Shown in pieces: positions 34,296-42,967 of a stretch of DNA of 45,778 bases. The notes under the pieces were generated by a model. The model searched no databases and had not been told where the DNA came from. It saw only the letters and a list, made by a program, of their open reading frames with translations. Source of the DNA: Pseudomonadota bacterium (GTDB taxonomy: Bacteria > Bdellovibrionota > FAC87 > UBA2466); NCBI GenBank assembly GCA_043767805.1, contig JAYUGC010000193.1, forward strand, positions 1 through 45,778, in the 5' to 3' direction. The first letter of the stretch is position 1, and the number at the start of each line of letters is the position of its first letter. Made by a program: the position numbers and the translations under genes.

Positions 34296-35564
34296 TTAAG
34301 GCGCCTTTCCAGCGGCCGCCTCCAGCGCGGCCAAAGAGGACCAGGTCTCGAAATAGGTCTTATCGAAGACTCGTTTGGTCTCTTGAAAAGTATTCAAAGC
34401 CGAGATGACTTCGAGATTCGTCACCAGTCCCAGCCGGTAATCCGAGTTCTGAGTCCTATAATTTTTCTCGGCGAGCTCGGACGCTCGTTTGAGCGTTTGC
34501 ACCTGACCGGTCAAGCTCACTAGCCGCGCGTGTCCGTTTCTGACTTCGGCCTCGGCTTCGCGGCGAGCGAGGGCGAGCCCAAGCTCGGCTTGCTTACGGA
34601 CTTCCACCGCTTCCCCGACGGTGGCGGCGGTCGTGCCGCCCCGAAAAAGCGGGACGGTGAGATTCAAAGTGACGTCCCATTTGGAATTGGCGAGCACTCC
34701 GGTGCGAGTGAGATAGTAATTCGCGCCCGCATCGAGACTCGGCAAATGCCCGCCCTTTGCGACCCCCACCAACTCATCGGCGGCCTCTCTTTGCAGATCA
34801 AGGGCCTGCAGATCGGGGCGCGCTCTCGCGCCGGCCAGCCAGGTATCCAGGGCCGCGGGCGTGCCCGGTAATTTATCTCCCGGATCGGCCAGCATCGCAT
34901 CGAGGGGAAGCAGCGTCGTCACCCGCAGCGACTCTCGCGCGCGAGTGACTTCCGTCTGGGCTCCCGCGAGTTGCGCTTCGAGGGTGGCGGTCTGAGACTC
35001 GGAAGAGAGTAGCTCACCTTGGCGCGAACGGCCGATGCGAACGCGCTGGCGGATCTCGTTCACGCGCTTCGCGGTCAGATCGGACAAAGTGCGCAAGTTG
35101 GCCAGATCCCGCTCGGCCGCTAGGACCGCGTAGAATCTTTGCGCGACCAGGAGATACAAACCTTGGCGCTGCCGCAGCTCCTCGGCCTGCTGCGCGCGAA
35201 TGAGCACGTCGCGGCGGCGAAGCTCCGCGAAGTCCGACAAGCCGTGAAAGAGGGCTTGGGTCGCGCCGAGGCTCGCGGAATATTGATCGGGGTTCGTAAA
35301 CGCGGCGGTTCCTCCCACCGGAGTGGGTCCCGTGTCCTGACGGGTGTAGCGGCCGTTGAGGCTCAGCTGAGGGTAGACGGCGCCCTGGGCCTGAGACTTT
35401 CTCTCCTCGGCCTGACTCACTTTTGCCCGCTCGATTTGCACGGACTCGGATTTTTCTAGAGCCGAATGGTAGGCGCCCTTTAGGTCGACTGCCCCCGGGG
35501 CAGCCGAAGCCATCGAGGTGAAAACAAGGATTCCAGGCACGAAACAGGTCCGAAAAGGCGACAT
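34296..35564 (-). CDS. TolC-family outer membrane efflux protein
   Basis: Signal peptide; YPQLSL and HLPSLD...LTVPLFRGG repeats, RPDL, YRLGLVTNLEV; abuts the RND start. Confidence 0.93.
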   Translation of the reverse strand: MSPFRTCFVPGILVFTSMASAAPGAVDLKGAYHSALEKSESVQIERAKVSQAEERKSQAQGAVYPQLSLNGRYTRQDTGPTPVGGTAAFTNPDQYSASLGATQALFHGLSDFAELRRRDVLIRAQQAEELRQRQGLYLLVAQRFYAVLAAERDLANLRTLSDLTAKRVNEIRQRVRIGRSRQGELLSSESQTATLEAQLAGAQTEVTRARESLRVTTLLPLDAMLADPGDKLPGTPAALDTWLAGARARPDLQALDLQREAADELVGVAKGGHLPSLDAGANYYLTRTGVLANSKWDVTLNLTVPLFRGGTTAATVGEAVEVRKQAELGLALARREAEAEVRNGHARLVSLTGQVQTLKRASELAEKNYRTQNSDYRLGLVTNLEVISALNTFQETKRVFDKTYFETWSSLAALEAAAGKAP

Positions 35565-35684
35565 TTTTCGTCACCTTACCCATCCTCCGTGGGCCCGGCA
35601 TGGCGCGGAGTGTAATCTTAAGAATTGCCGAAACTTGTCTCTTGTTTCGGAAGTTAAGATTTCCGTATATTCCGGCCTCACCTC

Positions 35685-37070
35685 TTGCCTGGAGTTACGC
35701 TGGTGTTCGGAAAAACTTCCGCTTCCGTCGTCGGTCTCAAACCTTTCGTCTTTCGCGTGAAAGATGGATTCCTCATCGGCGTCGCGCCGGGTCCCGAAGC
35801 CGGCTCTCCCTGCGCCGAATGCGTGGGCGCCTGGCTGAAAGAGCGCGACGTGGAATCGGAGCGCGCCGAGCTTTCCGATTTGAACGTGCGCCGGGATTTG
35901 ATTCCCGAACTTCTCACGGAAGCGGACCCTCACACGCTTTATGAAATCAACCGCGACGGAACGACCATGCGCCTGGATTGCGCCGTCTTCCCTCACCCGG
36001 GTTGCGCTTGCGCGAAAGCGCGCTACATCGCTCCCGGAACCTGGAACGACAAAACCAATTTCGCTTTTTCCCCGCTCTATCAGATCAAGTGCGTCCGTTA
36101 CGGCACGCCGAACGGAAACCTCTGGCTCACGAGCGCCACGGGCGACTCGCCCATCTCTAAGCTGAAGATCACGGCATACGGCGTGGCTTCCGAACGCGAA
36201 GACGCGCGCTTTCGCGCGGTCGAGGAATGGATGAAGCGCGCGGCGGTGGCCGACCTTCCCGTGCGAGCGGCTCGTGGCAATAGCCTCGCTTCCGAAAATT
36301 TTCAGTCGGGCGGCTCCAGCCTCGAAGCTTTCGATCTCTCGCGAGGCGCGACCGATGGCCTCGGCGCCGGCACCACCCGCGAAGCGGCCATTCTGGATGC
36401 CTTGCTCAATCTCGCGAAAAACCGCACTTTGAAGAGCTTTGCCTCCTCGATGAAGAACCCGATGCTCGTCGTCGGCTCTAACAACTGGGTCCGCCAGCAC
36501 GTGCCCTTCTTCTTGCTCCAGCATTACGACCTTCATTTGCTCTTCTATCCGAACTCGACTCCGGCGTGGGTAGTGGGCGTCGCGGCGCTTTCGCGCACGC
36601 GGACCGACGAGTCTCCGACTTTCGTTTTCGCGGCCGATCGCTCACCGGGCGATGCGTTTCAGAAAGCGCTCAATAAAGTCTTGGAAGTGTGCCGTCCCTC
36701 CGAATGGCGGGGCGAAGGCGAGCCCGAGATCGTGCGCGAACGTTTCGGCCTTCAGTCGAGAAAGACGGAGATGGAAGCCAAGCATCTCTCGAAGCTCAAT
36801 ATGTGGTGGACCCACTGGATTTACCGCTGCCCGAAGATCAGCCTCAAAGACATGCTCCATCTCGAGTCGTATCCCGGCACGGTGGACGTATGGCGCGATT
36901 ACTTCAAGGACGGCCAAGAGCCTTTGACTATGATGAACGTTAATCACGACGGCTTGCCGAAAGACTTGCGCCATCTCGTCCGTCTCGCGGGACCCGCGGA
37001 GAAAAAGAGCCTGAACAACGTAAACGGCATCGGCACCTGGATGTTCTCGCAAGACGCGCACCAGGCCTAA
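35685..37070 (+). CDS. TOMM C-like zinc domain fused to a degenerate YcaO-like domain
   Basis: GSPCAEC...HPGCAC N-terminal module; YcaO-like segments YGVASEREDARFRAVEEWMKR and TDGLGAGTTREAAILDALLN; start codon uncertain (TTG). Confidence 0.72.
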   Translation: MPGVTLVFGKTSASVVGLKPFVFRVKDGFLIGVAPGPEAGSPCAECVGAWLKERDVESERAELSDLNVRRDLIPELLTEADPHTLYEINRDGTTMRLDCAVFPHPGCACAKARYIAPGTWNDKTNFAFSPLYQIKCVRYGTPNGNLWLTSATGDSPISKLKITAYGVASEREDARFRAVEEWMKRAAVADLPVRAARGNSLASENFQSGGSSLEAFDLSRGATDGLGAGTTREAAILDALLNLAKNRTLKSFASSMKNPMLVVGSNNWVRQHVPFFLLQHYDLHLLFYPNSTPAWVVGVAALSRTRTDESPTFVFAADRSPGDAFQKALNKVLEVCRPSEWRGEGEPEIVRERFGLQSRKTEMEAKHLSKLNMWWTHWIYRCPKISLKDMLHLESYPGTVDVWRDYFKDGQEPLTMMNVNHDGLPKDLRHLVRLAGPAEKKSLNNVNGIGTWMFSQDAHQA

Positions 37071-37088
37071 AAAACTATTCCAGAAATG

Positions 37089-37129
37089 AGAAAGGGCGGC
37101 TCCCGTAAGGAAGCCGCCCTTTTCTTTTT
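37089..37129. terminator. bidirectional rho-independent terminator
   Basis: AAAGGGCGGCTCCC-GTAA-GGAAGCCGCCCTTT then TCTTTTT, between convergent genes. Confidence 0.88.
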
Positions 37130-37138
37130 AAGCGCGAA

Positions 37139-37783
37139 TTAGTGAGGTCCGTTACCGACCGTCATCCCGCCGTTCGGGATGTTCATGGGACGCATAGAGG
37201 TAAAGAGCGTCTCGGTGAACACGAGGCGAGTCCATTCGCCCGTGGCCCAATCATAATCGATGCTCTTTAAGCGAAGGCTGCGAGCATAGTAGTAGCCTTC
37301 GATTCCCTTGGCTTGCAGCTCGGGAGCGGCCTTCACGGTCCACTCTTTGAAGGTAAACGGCTGGCTTTGACATCCGACGGGCAACGCGCAGGGAGTGGCG
37401 GAGAGCGTGTCACCGAACTCCAGGCGCTTCTCGATGGTGACCTTTCCCGTAAGCTTCGGAATGGGAGAAATCTTCGTTAGCCGACCCGTCGTAACCGGAG
37501 CGGGAGCCGGACCGGTCTCAGTCGAAAACGTAACGGCCGCTTCGAAGCGGATATCATATTTATCAGAAGTGCGAGTCAGACGAACCTCACCCAACTCCCA
37601 TTTCTGGCCGTCGATCTGGAATGAGTAAACGCGGTGCCGGAGGTCCGAAGCACTCACTTCGAAGACCTGGACGTCATCAATGGCGCCGGGGGCCGCTTCG
37701 TAACTTTGGAAGCGGGTAAAATTCGCCGCTTGGGCGGTGGTCAGGGACATGAGGCCCAAGAGGGCGAAAAGCAATCGGTTCAC
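37139..37783 (-). CDS. secreted hypothetical protein
   Basis: AAGGAG RBS then GTG 37783: MNRLLFALLGLMSLTTAQA signal peptide; beta-rich mature part. Confidence 0.75.
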   Translation of the reverse strand: MNRLLFALLGLMSLTTAQAANFTRFQSYEAAPGAIDDVQVFEVSASDLRHRVYSFQIDGQKWELGEVRLTRTSDKYDIRFEAAVTFSTETGPAPAPVTTGRLTKISPIPKLTGKVTIEKRLEFGDTLSATPCALPVGCQSQPFTFKEWTVKAAPELQAKGIEGYYYARSLRLKSIDYDWATGEWTRLVFTETLFTSMRPMNIPNGGMTVGNGPH

Positions 37784-37929
37784 GTTCAGCTCCTTCGAGA
37801 AAAATTGGTTGGGACAGACAGGCTTATAGCCACTTTCGTTGAGCCGGCACAAGGCGGGGAACTCCCCTTTTGTTAGCGCCTCGCTAACGTTTCCATGGTA
37901 AGTCATCGTAAATACGGTATTATGCGACC

Positions 37930-38742
37930 GTGAAGTCGGTTTATAGCTACCAAGATTTTCGGCGCTTTTTGGCCGATTATTACACCCGGCAGAAGGGCGC
38001 GCCCGGCGGCTTTTCCTTCCGCCGTTTCACGCGAGAGACCGGCGTAAAATCACCGAACTATCTGAAGCTGGTAATGGATGGAAAACGCACTCTCACCCCG
38101 GCGTTTCTCTTTCGCTTCGCGAAGGGTTTGGGGCTAAATCACCATGAGACGCAGTACTTCGAGTGCCTGGTGCACTTCAATCAAGCGGAGGACTCCTTAC
38201 AGAAGTCTTATTACCGGCAGCGACTGAAGGAGCTCAAACGAAACACCCCGCGATCTGGCGTGAAGCTCGAACATTCTCGCGTGGAGCTTCTCTGGTACGA
38301 GCCTCTGATTCAGTTACTCCTCGACGGAAAAACCGTCGAGGAAGGCGAGCGTTACCTAACCGAGCACCTTGGTAAGAAGATTCCCATTGCCGCCGTCATC
38401 GAAAAATCGGTGGCGGAGGGCATTCTGGCGGTGGAAGACGATCGCTACCGGTTGCAAAGTCTCTTCACCGAGTACCGCGACAAAACGTCGCGAAAGATCT
38501 CGTTCGAGCATTACATCAAGGGACATCTCGAGCACGCCCTCGGTAACTTCTCCGAGCTCTACCCAAAAGGGAAATTCGTCTGCCATTCTTTCACCGTAGC
38601 GAAGAGCCGGCTCGACTACTACCGCTCGCTCGTCTCCGCGTTTCTCCTGGACATCAACCGGCACTCGGAAGATGAACCGGCGGAAGAGCTCCTGCAGCTG
38701 AACGTACAGCTCTATCCCCTCAAGGGAGAGATTCGTCCTTGA
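37930..38742 (+). CDS. TIGR02147-family (DUF4423) putative HTH regulator
   Basis: YQDFRRFLADYY...FSFRRF...GVKSPNYLKLVMDGKRTL N-terminus, YFECLVHFNQA, C-terminal QLNVQLYPL. Confidence 0.85.
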   Translation: MKSVYSYQDFRRFLADYYTRQKGAPGGFSFRRFTRETGVKSPNYLKLVMDGKRTLTPAFLFRFAKGLGLNHHETQYFECLVHFNQAEDSLQKSYYRQRLKELKRNTPRSGVKLEHSRVELLWYEPLIQLLLDGKTVEEGERYLTEHLGKKIPIAAVIEKSVAEGILAVEDDRYRLQSLFTEYRDKTSRKISFEHYIKGHLEHALGNFSELYPKGKFVCHSFTVAKSRLDYYRSLVSAFLLDINRHSEDEPAEELLQLNVQLYPLKGEIRP

Positions 38743-38803
38743 GATGCGCCCCCACCCTTCACGTTTGAATAGGCTTCCACGTTTGCGCATCCAACGGACG
38801 CAC

Positions 38804-38842
38804 AAAAGAAAAAGCCGCTTCTCCCGAGGGAGAAGCGGCTTT
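38804..38842. terminator. rho-independent terminator (stronger on minus strand)
   Basis: AAAGCCGCTTCTCCC-GA-GGGAGAAGCGGCTTT inverted repeat preceded by an A-tract. Confidence 0.85.
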
Positions 38843-38866
38843 CCCTATTGAATTAGAGTCCGGCTA

Positions 38867-40342
38867 TTAGCGAGACGTCTTCGTGGCAGTGAACACGAAG
38901 GCTTGGTTTTCGCTCGCCTTCTGGGCAATGTGGTTCGTCTTAGAGTCGTTGTTCAAGCACTGAGCCGTCGTGGTGCTATTCATTCCGTATACGTCATTCT
39001 TCATCGTCACGCTAATGACCGCTGAAGTGGCTGACGCTTGCTGGATGTTAATGGTCACCTTCTCGTTAATCCGGCAGTCGATATTCGTACAGCTGCTACC
39101 GGGGGTCCCGATGCAAGCATGTTCGGCATGGTCTTTCTTATCGACTACGGTACCCACGGTGCCATTGATGATGAGCTCATTGGCGACGAACCGGCCTTGA
39201 GGACGGTCGTCTCGGAGCGTGACGGCGCCAGCCGCAGGGCCAGAACCACAACCAGATCCTGTGCATGCGAGCTGACCCGCACTCAAGGCTGCCTGCTGCT
39301 TCGACCAATCACGTTCAATTTCACGTCGGCAGCTACCGCCGCTGGAATCATCATTGTGAGCACTCATCACACAGATGGCTTTACAGTCAGCAACGCTAAA
39401 GTCGAAGCCGTGACCATTTTGCCAATGATCGGTATTCGCAGCGATTTCGTTGCAAGTCATCGAGGGGCCCGCATAAGTCGCCCCACATGCCGTCTTGCCG
39501 CCGCCGAAACTCTGAGCCTTGAAGTTCATAAGGTCCAGCGAATACGGGGTAAGCGGAGTCGTAAGAGACGCATCACTGGTGGTCCAGCCTGTGGGAAGTT
39601 GTCCAGTCGGAATTCCTTCGGTGGAACCGCAGGCCGCGTACATGGTAGCATCTTGCCATACGGCAAAACCATAATGCGTCTTCGCATCAGCATCAGTTAT
39701 AGGACCCATTTGGTGAAAAAAGAGGCTAGAGGGAGGTCCGCCGTCACGATGTCCCTCGGGGCAAGCAAGTCCCGTCGACGGGACGATGCAATTGGAAACG
39801 GCCCACGTTCCCGTCATGCTCGCGAACGTTCCGGGGACCACCGTGGTGCTGCCACCCGCGGCGGAGCCCGTGACGTCGGCTTTCACGACCGTAGCCGTAC
39901 CCGTCGAGAGATCGAGGGTAACCGTGCCGAACTCGAGATCGCCACCCGAGCCGGAAACGTAAGTGCCTTCGTTGGTGGTGGTACCGTCGAGACCAGTGGT
40001 AGAGCCCTTAAAGGCAACCGTCGCCACGATCGTCGTGCCCGAGAGAACGAAGCAACCGAGCGGAACGCCCGCGGCGCTCGCGATCTGTAAGGAAAATTTG
40101 TGGGTGGTGTCGTCGACTTCACCCTCGCCCGATTCCGGAGTGCCCGAGAGCGTCACGCAACGCACTTTATAAGTCGCGCGCTGATCGGCTTCTTGCAGAT
40201 CCATCGCGCGGCTCGCCGTCGTGGCGAGTGTTCCCGAGATGGTCACGGTAGAAGTGGCGGCGGTGGTACCACCGCAGTTATTCAAGGCAAAGCCGACTAC
40301 GGCTAAGCCAAGCGTTCCCGCTATGAGTTTTTTCAGGTTCAT
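38867..40342 (-). CDS. Cys-rich surface lipoprotein (491 aa)
   Basis: Signal peptide with ALNN-C-GG; Thr/Gly-rich beta N-domain; 16 further Cys residues. Confidence 0.82.
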   Translation of the reverse strand: MNLKKLIAGTLGLAVVGFALNNCGGTTAATSTVTISGTLATTASRAMDLQEADQRATYKVRCVTLSGTPESGEGEVDDTTHKFSLQIASAAGVPLGCFVLSGTTIVATVAFKGSTTGLDGTTTNEGTYVSGSGGDLEFGTVTLDLSTGTATVVKADVTGSAAGGSTTVVPGTFASMTGTWAVSNCIVPSTGLACPEGHRDGGPPSSLFFHQMGPITDADAKTHYGFAVWQDATMYAACGSTEGIPTGQLPTGWTTSDASLTTPLTPYSLDLMNFKAQSFGGGKTACGATYAGPSMTCNEIAANTDHWQNGHGFDFSVADCKAICVMSAHNDDSSGGSCRREIERDWSKQQAALSAGQLACTGSGCGSGPAAGAVTLRDDRPQGRFVANELIINGTVGTVVDKKDHAEHACIGTPGSSCTNIDCRINEKVTINIQQASATSAVISVTMKNDVYGMNSTTTAQCLNNDSKTNHIAQKASENQAFVFTATKTSR

Positions 40343-40524
40343 TATGCAGTCCCTCGTATTTTTTTCTGGGTCGTTGATTTTGGAGAGGATTCGGAAAATA
40401 AATGAAGACTTATCTTCTCAGGTAACGGGAAATGAAGATAGGTTAATCCCGTCAATAAAATATAAATTTTCGACGCTTCGCCTCTTCTTCTTTAAGAAGC
40501 GCGTCACCAGTTTAGGTGATCTAG

Positions 40525-41724
40525 CTAGCGCTTGAGATTTAGGGCGGCTCTGAGTTGCTTGGCCATTTCGGCGCGAGTGAATTGGGTCATGACCACTTCG
40601 TGCGCCTTCTTTCCCATTTCAAACAACGCATCGGGACGTTTGGCGACTTGCGCAATGGCATTGGCGAGATCGGTTACGCTGTCGGGCACGACGAGAAGGC
40701 CGTTCTCACCGTGCGTGATGATATCGGTCGCGCCCCCACAGTCATAAGCGATGGAAGGAAGCCCGAACGCCGCGGCTTCCAGATAGACGATGCCGAACCC
40801 TTCCCCGCGCCAGCGTTTATCCCAGCGCCCGAAACGGGAAGGCATGATGTACACGTCCGCTTCGCGGTAGGCCGTTTCGAACTCGCTTCTCTCTTTCACG
40901 CCGCCACGAAACTCGACGACGTCGGAGAGCTCGAGCCGCTCGACCAGCTCTTCCAGGCGAGGCTTGTCGGAGCCGTCACCTTGAATGATGTAACGAAGCT
41001 TCATCTTGGGATCGCTGTAACGCAGACGGTAGAGTGCGTGAAGCACATGATCCTGACCTTTGTAACGCTCTGAAGCCTCGAGACGCGAGATGGTCAGCAA
41101 AGTGAACGGGCCGTCACCGCCGCGCGCGCGGCGCGGACTGGGAAATTTCTCGTACGCGGCCGGCAACGGCGGATGCACGATGGCGATCTTTTCCGCCTCG
41201 AAACCTTGCTTGACGAGCATCGCCTTCGTCCACTCACTGATGGAGAGAATGAGCTTTGCTTGCTTCATGGCCCAAGCGTCCTGAGGCCAGAGATCTCCCC
41301 AGACTTCGATGCCGTACGCGACGATGGCAAACGGAATGCCGGTCCAGCGATGAAGCGCATACACCAAAGGGCCCAGGGACACATGGCCCGCGAGAAGCAA
41401 AGTGGGCTTCAGACTATCCACTTCTTCTTTCGCGGCCTTTAAGATCGGCGGCCAGTACCGATTGACCAAGACACCCATGCCGGGAAGCTTCGGCACCGAG
41501 ACCAGCCGAACTCCGTAAGGGCGCGACGGCGCTCGCGTCGCGGGGTTCCGGCGAGGAGCGACGCACGCACTCGTGCCCACTCCCCAATTCTCAGTGGCGG
41601 CTTGCAAAAGATCGTCTTGGTAATACTCGATGCCGCCGAATCCCTCGAAGAGAGAGCTATTTTGCAGCATCAAAATGCGCTGGGAACTCTGATCCCGCGG
41701 CGGAGGTGGAGCTACCTTCGGCAT
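40525..41724 (-). CDS. glycosyltransferase family 4
   Basis: GGIE, LTISRL...YKGQD, ADVYIMPS, EGFGIVYLEA and HGENGLLV motifs. Confidence 0.93.
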   Translation of the reverse strand: MPKVAPPPPRDQSSQRILMLQNSSLFEGFGGIEYYQDDLLQAATENWGVGTSACVAPRRNPATRAPSRPYGVRLVSVPKLPGMGVLVNRYWPPILKAAKEEVDSLKPTLLLAGHVSLGPLVYALHRWTGIPFAIVAYGIEVWGDLWPQDAWAMKQAKLILSISEWTKAMLVKQGFEAEKIAIVHPPLPAAYEKFPSPRRARGGDGPFTLLTISRLEASERYKGQDHVLHALYRLRYSDPKMKLRYIIQGDGSDKPRLEELVERLELSDVVEFRGGVKERSEFETAYREADVYIMPSRFGRWDKRWRGEGFGIVYLEAAAFGLPSIAYDCGGATDIITHGENGLLVVPDSVTDLANAIAQVAKRPDALFEMGKKAHEVVMTQFTRAEMAKQLRAALNLKR

Positions 41725-41755
41725 AAGCCTAGTGTACTAGACCTACGCCCAGGTT

Positions 41756-42043
41756 TCAGGCGTTGGTGTAAACCTGGTGCTTCGGCCGGCCGGCGAGGAT
41801 TTGTTCCTTGCCCCAGTTCGTCACTTTGGCGAACTGCTCGGACTTGATGAACGCGTCGAATTGAGCCTTGTCGTTCCACTCGGAGACGATGAGATAAGAC
41901 GTCGCCGCCGCGACATCGCGGTAGAGATGAGAGACGGTGTGACCGGGCATCTCTCTCATGACCGTGAGCACTTGCCCGAAAGCGCGCTCGAAAACCTGTT
42001 CTTTGCCCGGAAGCACCGTATAATTCATGCCGATGGTCACCAT
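41756..42043 (-). CDS. antibiotic biosynthesis monooxygenase (ABM) family protein
   Basis: MVTIGMNYTVLPGKEQVFE...MPGHTVSHLYRDV...YLIVSEW ferredoxin-like ABM pattern. Confidence 0.88.
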   Translation of the reverse strand: MVTIGMNYTVLPGKEQVFERAFGQVLTVMREMPGHTVSHLYRDVAAATSYLIVSEWNDKAQFDAFIKSEQFAKVTNWGKEQILAGRPKHQVYTNA

Positions 42044-42080
42044 AATGACCCCCGTTATAAACTCACCTATAATAAAGTAA

Positions 42081-42530
42081 ATGGAAAATCGGCGGCAAAC
42101 GCGCAACTACTTCCCTGAGCCCCGGTTTCAGCTGAGGTTTCTCGGTATGCTGCTCGCGGGCGCCGTCGTGGAGCTAGCGATCATCGGCGGCATCCTCTAT
42201 CACTTTCTCAAAGAAAACTACACGCTGCTTGTAAAGTACGCCGCCTTGGACGAGCAGACGACGAAAGTGCTTTACGACGAGCTTCGCCTGCTCACGCTGA
42301 CCATCGGCGGCACTTTTCTCCTCTACTTGCTGATTCTCGCCGCCCTCGGCCTCCGCTTTTCCCATCAAATCGTCGGCGTGATGGCCGCACTGAAACGCAC
42401 CATCGCCCAGATCAACCGCGGGGAAGAGGCGACCCTTAGCTTACGTCCCGGCGACCACTTCCAAGACGTACAAGACGGCTTCAACGCCATGGTAAAGCGC
42501 CTTCGGGATGGCCAGAAGAAAACCTCCTGA
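42081..42530 (+). CDS. two-TM membrane protein with HAMP-like C-terminus
   Basis: FQLRF, two TM helices, FSHQIVG...LRPGDHFQDVQDGFNAMV. Confidence 0.82.
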   Translation: MENRRQTRNYFPEPRFQLRFLGMLLAGAVVELAIIGGILYHFLKENYTLLVKYAALDEQTTKVLYDELRLLTLTIGGTFLLYLLILAALGLRFSHQIVGVMAALKRTIAQINRGEEATLSLRPGDHFQDVQDGFNAMVKRLRDGQKKTS

Positions 42531-42541
42531 CCTCGGCTTCC

Positions 42542-42967
42542 CTATTTTGTCGCGGCCTTACAGACGTCGGCGGCGGAACAGCGCTGACAAAAGCTAAGCT
42601 TCTCCGCCGCCTCGGTGACCGCACCACACTTCTGACAAAACTCGTTCTTCGCTGATAAAATCGCCGCCTCTTTCCCCTCGATGGCGGCCTTCAGACGCTT
42701 CTGGGCGAAAACGACTTTGATTGCCGATCCATGCGAGAGGGAGTCGGCGCCTCCGTCGACCTGATTGACGAAGTCTTCCGACACGAACTTGTGGTACTTT
42801 TCATTGAGCTCGGCTTGCAGAGTCGTAAACTCATCGAGCTGCTTTTGGGACAAATCCAGACTGACTCGCAAGTCGCGGCACTCGTCGGTAGCGCGCGCGG
42901 ATAGGACGACTGACATGCCAATGAAAATCAGTTTCCAGCTAAAAAAAGGACCTCGCCTAAAAGTCAT
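42542..42967 (-). CDS. secreted hypothetical protein (coiled coil plus two CxxC)
   Basis: Signal-like N-terminus ending ARA; FCQKC and FCQRC near the C-terminus. Confidence 0.65.
   Translation of the reverse strand: MTFRRGPFFSWKLIFIGMSVVLSARATDECRDLRVSLDLSQKQLDEFTTLQAELNEKYHKFVSEDFVNQVDGGADSLSHGSAIKVVFAQKRLKAAIEGKEAAILSAKNEFCQKCGAVTEAAEKLSFCQRCSAADVCKAATK

Noticed and set aside
35685..37070. Active RiPP (TOMM) biosynthetic cluster
   Set aside because: No precursor peptide or dehydrogenase nearby, and the YcaO catalytic glutamates are altered
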